Source: Desulfobulbus propionicus DSM 2032 (GTDB lineage Bacteria > Desulfobacterota > Desulfobulbia > Desulfobulbales > Desulfobulbaceae). Taken from it: 32,000 nucleotides of DNA. The translations under genes were made by a program, and so were the position numbers. The stretch lies in contig NC_014972.1 of NCBI RefSeq assembly GCF_000186885.1, positions 570,001 through 602,000 on the forward strand, in the 5' to 3' direction. Of this stretch, positions 26,984-32,000 are shown in pieces; within the stretch, counting starts at the first letter, position 1; every line of letters starts with the position of its first letter. Below the pieces are notes generated by a model that saw only the letters and a program-made list of their open reading frames with translations, did no database searches and was not told where the DNA came from.

Positions 26984-27079
26984 TTAGTAGAGCTGCAACT
27001 TCTTCAACAGGCGAACAGCGAGCAAAAAGGCGGCAACGAGAACAGCCACCCAGGCTATGGAAAGAATAATGGTCATCAT
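26984..27079 (-). CDS. Small single-TM protein downstream of cydB (CydX/CydS-like candidate), 31 aa
   Basis: Own translation: ATGATG... gives MMTIILSIAWVAVLVAAFLLAVRLLKKLQLY*. GGAG lies 7-8 nt upstream. One hydrophobic helix followed by a basic tail. The position immediately after cydB matches known cytochrome bd small subunits. It is below the ORF-track size cutoff. Confidence 0.55.
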   Translation of the reverse strand: MMTIILSIAWVAVLVAAFLLAVRLLKKLQLY

Positions 27080-27112
27080 GACAAACTCCGTGGAAGGATA
27101 AAGGGAGAACAA

Positions 27113-27136
27113 CAGAGGGGGACACATCCCCCTCTG
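27113..27136 (-). other. Perfect 10-bp GC-rich stem-loop between cydB and the small ORF
   Basis: CAGAGGGGGA caca TCCCCCTCTG (plus strand as written), followed on the minus strand by TTGTTCTCCCTTTATCC. Could be an intra-operon attenuator or an mRNA-stabilising hairpin. Confidence 0.6.
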
Positions 27137-27160
27137 TCGGCAAGATGTTTTGGCCGGCTC

Positions 27161-28312
27161 TCAGTAGGCGGCCCGATCGCCGGTATCCTCGATTTTGATC
27201 TTGGACCGGTTCATGGCCCACCACACATAGGCGATGTAGGCCAGCACAAAAGGGATGCCCAAGGCCACATAGGTCATCACCTTGAGGGTATAGGGGCTTG
27301 ATGAGGCGTTATAAATGGTCAGACTTGCCTGCAGATCGACCTTGGAAGGATAGAAGGCGGTGTTGTTGTAGGCGGGCAGCATCAGCACCGTGAGGCCGAT
27401 CAGCACCGTGCCCAGGCCGCCGTACCAGATGCCGCCGGTTGCGCTGGTTTTGGCGGTCTTCCAGACACCGAAGATCAACAGGGCCAGGCCGCCCACCAGC
27501 AGAACGAGCATCCACGGGTTGGCCAGCAGATTGAGCAGGAATTTAAAGCTAACGATGGCAATGGTGCCCCGGTCATCGACGATACCATAGCCGCGCATGA
27601 ACAACAGCGAGACAACGATGAGCAAGCAAAGGGGCAGGGCAATGAGGAAATTCAACCAGCAGGCCCGGCGCAGGCGGGTTTCCATCTCCGGCGCCTCGCC
27701 CAGTTCCACGTTGTTGATCAGATACATGGCGCCCAGGGTGCGAGCGTTGAATACCAGGAAAAGCCCCATGGCGATGTTGAAGATCGAGGAAATCGAGGGG
27801 CTCAGGGCTGCTTCCAGACCACGCAGGGGATGGGTCCAGGTGACGAAGTTGTTGGCGCTCAGCTGAAAGTTGGCGCCGGTATAGAAGGTGCCGACCGCCG
27901 CGCCGATCAGCAGGATGCCGACCACGCCATTGATGAACAGGAACCCCTCGTAGACCAGACTACCGAAAATATTCCACGGTTTCTTGCGGTATTCGTAGCT
28001 CACCGCCTGGACGATGAAGGTGAACAGAATCAGGATCCACACCCAATAGGCGCCGCCAAAGGAGGTGGAATAGAATTTGGGGAAGGAGGCGAACAGGGCG
28101 CCGCCGAACAAGACCAGGGTGGTGAAGGTCATTTCCCATTTGCGGCCCAGCGAGTTGATCACCAGATCCTTTTCGGTCTGGGTCTTGGCCACCTGCCACA
28201 GCAGGCTCTGGCCGCCCTGGACAAAGGTAAGGAAGAGAAACAAGGCGCCAACCACCGAACAGAGCAACCACCAGAGGTGTTGCAGGGTTTTGTAATCCAG
28301 TTGTTCGATCAT
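27161..28312 (-). CDS. cydB: Cytochrome bd-type quinol oxidase subunit II
   Basis: 383 aa polytopic protein directly after cydA (1-nt gap), CydB-like throughout (e.g. LWWLLCSVVGALFLFLTFVQGGQ, FGGAYWVWILILF). Confidence 0.9.
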   Translation of the reverse strand: MIEQLDYKTLQHLWWLLCSVVGALFLFLTFVQGGQSLLWQVAKTQTEKDLVINSLGRKWEMTFTTLVLFGGALFASFPKFYSTSFGGAYWVWILILFTFIVQAVSYEYRKKPWNIFGSLVYEGFLFINGVVGILLIGAAVGTFYTGANFQLSANNFVTWTHPLRGLEAALSPSISSIFNIAMGLFLVFNARTLGAMYLINNVELGEAPEMETRLRRACWLNFLIALPLCLLIVVSLLFMRGYGIVDDRGTIAIVSFKFLLNLLANPWMLVLLVGGLALLIFGVWKTAKTSATGGIWYGGLGTVLIGLTVLMLPAYNNTAFYPSKVDLQASLTIYNASSSPYTLKVMTYVALGIPFVLAYIAYVWWAMNRSKIKIEDTGDRAAY

Positions 28313-28313
28313 G

Positions 28314-29858
28314 TTAGTTTTCCTCCGGTCCGATGTTGATCTGTTTGACCATGATGCTGATCTCGGCGATGAGCAGCAGGGTGAAGAGCGCCAGGAACAT
28401 GAAAAAGGTCGTTTGCACCGTGCCCGCGGTCAGGTTGGTCCGAGCGATAGTCACCGGCAGCAGATCCTGGATCGCCCAAGGTTGACGGCCCACCTCGGCC
28501 ACGATCCAGCCGGCCTGCGAAGCGATCATGCCCAGGAGATAGGTGATGGTGCCCACGCCGAGCAGCCATTTCTTGTCGGTCAGCGTCCCTTTGTAGGAGA
28601 AATACAGATAGGCAAAGAAGATCAACGGGAACAGCGAACCGAGAATCACCATCACGTGGAAAGCGTTGAAGGAAAGAGCCACCGGCGGCACGGCATCTTC
28701 GGGTTTGTTGAGATAGCCGTAGCCAAGAAATTCCTTGTATTCGTTGAAGGTGGCCAGATGGGTGGCCGCGGCTGCGGCGTCCCCTGCTTTTTGGGCCTGC
28801 TTGTAGGCGTCGAGGCTGGCCACCGCCTTTTTGCCGCGTTCCATTTTTTGTGCCGCGCCGAGAATGTTGTGCTCGGCGTTGCCGTACACCAGATCCTTCA
28901 TGCCCGGAACAAACGACCCGAAGGAGCGGTTGGCCATCAACGACAACAGGCCGGGGATGTGGAGGTTGAAGCCGATGAACGGCTCCTGCACGTCCCAAAC
29001 CTTCTTGTCCCGGTTGATCAGGCCAATCGCCACCAGGCCGGCATTGGTCTGGCCCTCGTACAGCCCTTCGAATGCGGCCAGCTTCATCGGCTGCACCTGG
29101 GCGATTTCATAGGCCGATTCATCGCCATTGAAAACGGTGAAAACGGAAGCGATCAATCCCAGAGAGGCGGCGACCACGATTGAACGCTTGGCCATTAACA
29201 CATGCCGGCCACGCAGCAGATACCAGGAGGAAATCGAGATGATGAAAAAAGCGGCCATCAGCATCGAGGAACTGGTGGCATGGGTGAACTTGTTGATCGC
29301 ATAAGGGGAAAAAGCGACTTCGAAGAAATTCTGCATTTCAAAGCGGGCCGTGTCGGGATTGAAGGCTTGGCCGACCGGATACTGCATCCAGGCATTGGCC
29401 ACCAGAATCCAGACAGCCGACAGGTTGGAACCGACCGCGACCATCCAGGTGGAGAAGAGATGAAATCCTTTGGATACCCGGTTCCAGCCGAAGAACATCA
29501 CTGCGAAAAAGGTCGCTTCGAGGAAAAAGGCAAAAATACCCTCGATAGCCAGGGGGGCGCCGAAGATGTCACCGACCATCCATGAGTAATTAGACCAGTT
29601 GGTGCCGAACTCGAATTCCATGATGATGCCGGTGGCCACGCCGATGGCGAAGTTGATGCCGAACAGCTTCATCCAGAACTTGGTCAACCGTTTCCATTCC
29701 TCGTTGCCGGTTGTCACGTAAATGGTGTGATAGAAGGCGATGATCCAGGTGATGCCGAGGGTGAGCGGCACAAAAAGCCAGTGGTACATGGCGGTCAGGG
29801 CGAATTGCGCGCGTGCCCAGTTGACCATGCCGAGATCCAGATGTTCAATCATAGTCAT
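28314..29858 (-). CDS. cydA: Cytochrome bd-type quinol oxidase subunit I
   Basis: 514 aa; RAQFALTAMYHWLFVPLTLG, GIIMEFEFGTNWSNYS and GRQPW motifs of CydA. The alternative start ATG at 29852 has better spacing to the AAGGAGA SD. ATGA overlap with the upstream small gene if 29858 is used. Confidence 0.92.
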   Translation of the reverse strand: MTMIEHLDLGMVNWARAQFALTAMYHWLFVPLTLGITWIIAFYHTIYVTTGNEEWKRLTKFWMKLFGINFAIGVATGIIMEFEFGTNWSNYSWMVGDIFGAPLAIEGIFAFFLEATFFAVMFFGWNRVSKGFHLFSTWMVAVGSNLSAVWILVANAWMQYPVGQAFNPDTARFEMQNFFEVAFSPYAINKFTHATSSSMLMAAFFIISISSWYLLRGRHVLMAKRSIVVAASLGLIASVFTVFNGDESAYEIAQVQPMKLAAFEGLYEGQTNAGLVAIGLINRDKKVWDVQEPFIGFNLHIPGLLSLMANRSFGSFVPGMKDLVYGNAEHNILGAAQKMERGKKAVASLDAYKQAQKAGDAAAAATHLATFNEYKEFLGYGYLNKPEDAVPPVALSFNAFHVMVILGSLFPLIFFAYLYFSYKGTLTDKKWLLGVGTITYLLGMIASQAGWIVAEVGRQPWAIQDLLPVTIARTNLTAGTVQTTFFMFLALFTLLLIAEISIMVKQINIGPEEN

Positions 29859-30121
29859 TCTCCTTTGGCGGGTTGGGTATAACCTTGGGCGGATTGCGTC
29901 AGCTGCTCGATTACGTAGTCAGCCCGTTGGGTATCGGTGGCAAACTTCGTTGCCAGAAAATCAGGAAAGAACAAAAATTTCAAGACTGCAAATAGAATAA
30001 ATAATTTTATGAAGATAATTTTCCACAGGGTCCGCCCGACCGTCATCTGGCGAAAGCCATCGCGGTAAAAACGATAGACGCGCACTGGCAGCCATGGCCG
30101 ATCGCCCGGTGGGCCGCTCAT
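29855..30121 (-). CDS. Small membrane protein of the DUF4492 type, encoded immediately upstream of cydA
   Basis: 88 aa; ...VYRFYRDGFRQMTVGRTLWKIIFIKLFILFAVLKFLFFPDFL... has one TM helix. From memory this matches the DUF4492 family commonly found 5' of cydAB. ATGA overlaps on both sides (30118-30121 and 29855-29858). Confidence 0.65.
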   Translation of the reverse strand: MSGPPGDRPWLPVRVYRFYRDGFRQMTVGRTLWKIIFIKLFILFAVLKFLFFPDFLATKFATDTQRADYVIEQLTQSAQGYTQPAKGE

Positions 30122-30597
30122 TGCAGATCCTCATGGGCAGTGGCATCGTGCCCTTTTGGTTCAAGCAGCATGTCGGCAAAGGCGGGGAGACAGGTGGAGT
30201 CGGCGCTCAGCTGGTCAAAGTTGACCCGGCGCAGGGTGTCGCGCAACTGGTCGCGGGCGTCCAGCCACACCCGGTGGACGGCACAGTACCGCTGAGCTTT
30301 GCAGGCGGCCGGGCGGGCAACGCAGTCATTGAGATAGATTTCGCCGATCATGATTTCCACCACCTCCAGCAGGGAGATGGCCGCAGGGTGACGGTTGAGG
30401 ACCAATCCCCCCCGCGCCCCCTGGCGAATTTCGATCAGGCCGGTTTTGGCGAGATCCTGGGCAATCTTGGCAAGAAAATTCGGGGGGATATCCGCTTGGG
30501 CGGCAATCTCCTGGCGACTGGTCAGGACGCCCTGTCCTTGTCGGGACAGATAGATCATGCAGCGGATGGCGTATTCGGCGGCTCGGGTTAAACGCAT
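30118..30597 (-). CDS. Rrf2-family transcriptional regulator with a three-Cys putative Fe-S site
   Basis: From ATG 30597: MRLTRAAEYAIRCMIYLSRQGQGVLTSRQEIAAQADIPPNFLAKIAQDLAKTGLIEIRQGARGG, a winged HTH. This is followed by CVARPAACKAQRYC (C-x6-C-x5-C), like IscR/NsrR ligands. The 24-codon extension to 30669 is rejected. Confidence 0.88.
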   Translation of the reverse strand: MRLTRAAEYAIRCMIYLSRQGQGVLTSRQEIAAQADIPPNFLAKIAQDLAKTGLIEIRQGARGGLVLNRHPAAISLLEVVEIMIGEIYLNDCVARPAACKAQRYCAVHRVWLDARDQLRDTLRRVNFDQLSADSTCLPAFADMLLEPKGHDATAHEDLQ

Positions 30598-30634
30598 GGT
30601 TTGTTGAATGAGACAAATAGGATGAATAAAGTCC

Positions 30635-30663
30635 TGTATAGGGAAATTAGGGTGGGGTGTCAA
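30635..30663 (-). promoter_or_regulatory. Putative sigma70-type promoter of the rrf2-cyd operon
   Basis: Minus strand: TTGACA (30663-30658), 17-nt spacer, TATACA (30640-30635). This gives an approximately 30-nt leader before the rrf2 ATG. Confidence 0.5.
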
Positions 30664-30762
30664 CAGCAAATTGCGGAATTGAATAAGGAAAAATGGGAGC
30701 GATGCGCTGGGTGCCGTTGGCAGAGGCTGGCTCCGATATGGCGCGTCACCGGAGGGGGTATC

Positions 30763-32000
30763 TCAGGCGGTATAGGACAGTCCTTGTTTTTTCGCCATTT
30801 TTTCCCGGATCTTGCCCATCTCGGCCATGTCATGGAGATAGGTGTCGGATCGGTCGAGGTAAAAGGAGAGGGCCTTGGCAAAGTTTCTCCCCACCAGACC
30901 GTCAACGAAAACCTGGCTGATTTCCCGATGGCGGTTAAGCACCAACTGCGAACGGTGAAAGATCAGCCATTCCTCGGTGGACATGGTGGCGGCGATCTGC
31001 TGCAAGGCTTTACGGGAGCGCGGCTGAAACATCCAAATGTACATCAGGTCCAGGGCATTGACGATGATGACCTTTTCCAGCTCGCGGGCCTCGTCATGGA
31101 TGGCGGCGATCAAAATTTTCGGATCCTGCAACAGATCCAGCACATCCTCTTCCGGAAAGAGCACGTCCAAACGGGCGAAGACCGAAAACAGCTGGGAAAT
31201 CTTGTCCCGATAGTCGATCAGCCGGATGCGAATGTTGTTCTGCCGGTCGGCCAACCCCTCGATCACTGCGGCCACGCAGTCTGAAGCCAGTTTGGAGATC
31301 ACCGCCGCCCATTTCTGCAGCCCGTCTTCGACCCCTGGGACGTTGGCCATGTGCAACCCCATGGCCAACGTATCGTTGAACAGGATGGCCAGGGGAATGG
31401 AGAGAAGCGATCTGAACAGGTTGCCGACGGCGGCGCTGCGGGGAAGACCGCGAAGGATGTTATGGGTGGAAATGTAGATGCCGTTGGCCAGGGCCATCAC
31501 CGAATAGAGTGCCAGCGGACTGGTTGAGGTGGTGACGCCCAGGTGTTGCTGCAAGAATAGTGTCTTGACCAGATAATCGAGCAGCGGCACGGAAAAGCCG
31601 GTGAAAAAAAGGGAGTCGGCGATCCTGCTCCAACTGACCAGCGAGTTCCAGGGCAAAAGCGGCGAACGCTTGAGTCCGCCACCGCCGAGGATCGATTGGA
31701 TGATGTTGCGTATGCCAGTGATGCCGAACCAGATGAAGGCCCCGAGATAGGCCAGCACCCACCAATCCTTGGTCAAGCTGAAGGTGAGGAAGGCGGGAAT
31801 GAAACCGGCCAGCACCTTGAGGGTGTTGCGCAGATGGGAGTTGAGATAGCGGAAGGGTTGGCCGATCTTTTCACTGTTGACGGACAGCTCCGGATGAATC
31901 TCCACCCTGGGGCTGCGACGGATCCCCCCCAAGGTACCGATGTTGCCATCGATTCCCGGATGGATCTCGAAGCGGTCAAGGGTCCAGTCGTGCCAGGTTT
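30763..32000 (-). CDS. Polytopic membrane protein of unknown function (5' end beyond the right window edge)
   Basis: ORF 30763..31932. My translation shows the frame stays open upstream to position 32000 (...TWHDWTLDRFEIHPGIDGNIGTLGGIRR...). Several TM helices (FIPAFLTFSL, WWVLAYLGAFIWFGITGI, LALYSVMALANGIYI) precede a ~170-aa soluble helical C-terminal domain. I do not recognise the family with confidence. Confidence 0.6.
   Translation of the reverse strand, partial: TWHDWTLDRFEIHPGIDGNIGTLGGIRRSPRVEIHPELSVNSEKIGQPFRYLNSHLRNTLKVLAGFIPAFLTFSLTKDWWVLAYLGAFIWFGITGIRNIIQSILGGGGLKRSPLLPWNSLVSWSRIADSLFFTGFSVPLLDYLVKTLFLQQHLGVTTSTSPLALYSVMALANGIYISTHNILRGLPRSAAVGNLFRSLLSIPLAILFNDTLAMGLHMANVPGVEDGLQKWAAVISKLASDCVAAVIEGLADRQNNIRIRLIDYRDKISQLFSVFARLDVLFPEEDVLDLLQDPKILIAAIHDEARELEKVIIVNALDLMYIWMFQPRSRKALQQIAATMSTEEWLIFHRSQLVLNRHREISQVFVDGLVGRNFAKALSFYLDRSDTYLHDMAEMGKIREKMAKKQGLSYTA

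Noticed and set aside
28309-29183. 229-aa (minus) and 290-aa (plus) ORFs overlapping cydA, plus similar ORFs over cydB (27830..28339, 27960..28271)
   Set aside because: These are alternative or antisense frames of unmistakable cydA/cydB coding sequence, with R/G/P-rich low-complexity products.
1-32000. Search for CRISPR arrays, tandem repeats, rRNA/tRNA genes and known defence-system signatures (RT, Cas, restriction/methylase, TA pairs)
   Set aside because: No regularly spaced direct repeats, structured RNA genes or defence-type domains were seen by eye. The only long repeats are the two IS1380 copies.

Overview
Moderately GC-rich bacterial chromosomal window; gene content loosely suggests a delta-proteobacterial/Desulfobacterota-type organism, but this cannot be established from the sequence. 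About 1-20 kb is a minus-strand surface-polysaccharide (O-antigen/EPS-type) locus: manB(partial)-manC, then wzt, a TPR-wzm fusion, rfbC-rfbA-rfbD-rfbB (transcribed B-D-A-C), a Wzx/MOP-type flippase and a CapD/WbpM-like dehydratase. An ~8 kb insertion-sequence graveyard (2.1-10.3 kb) splits this locus. It holds a decayed IS4-family element, an apparently intact IS3-family element with an A7G frameshift site, a 5'-truncated IS200-type tnpA, and two diverged IS1380-family copies in inverted orientation. The IS1380 copies box in a strikingly AT-rich acyltransferase-3 gene. The right third carries a small GNAT, a two-HKD phospholipase D/cardiolipin-synthase-like gene, a hydantoinase/oxoprolinase-family gene, ccdA-tlpA, an overlapping tolC-thioesterase pair, and a tightly coupled rrf2-DUF4492-cydA-cydB operon. 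That operon is followed by a 31-codon CydX-like ORF absent from the ORF track, then a partial polytopic membrane protein of unknown function. I saw no rRNA, tRNA, CRISPR array or recognisable defence system. The most unusual items are the IS1380/acyltransferase module, the TPR-Wzm fusion and the accessory genes around cydAB. Many long ORFs in the track are antisense shadows of real GC-rich genes and were rejected.
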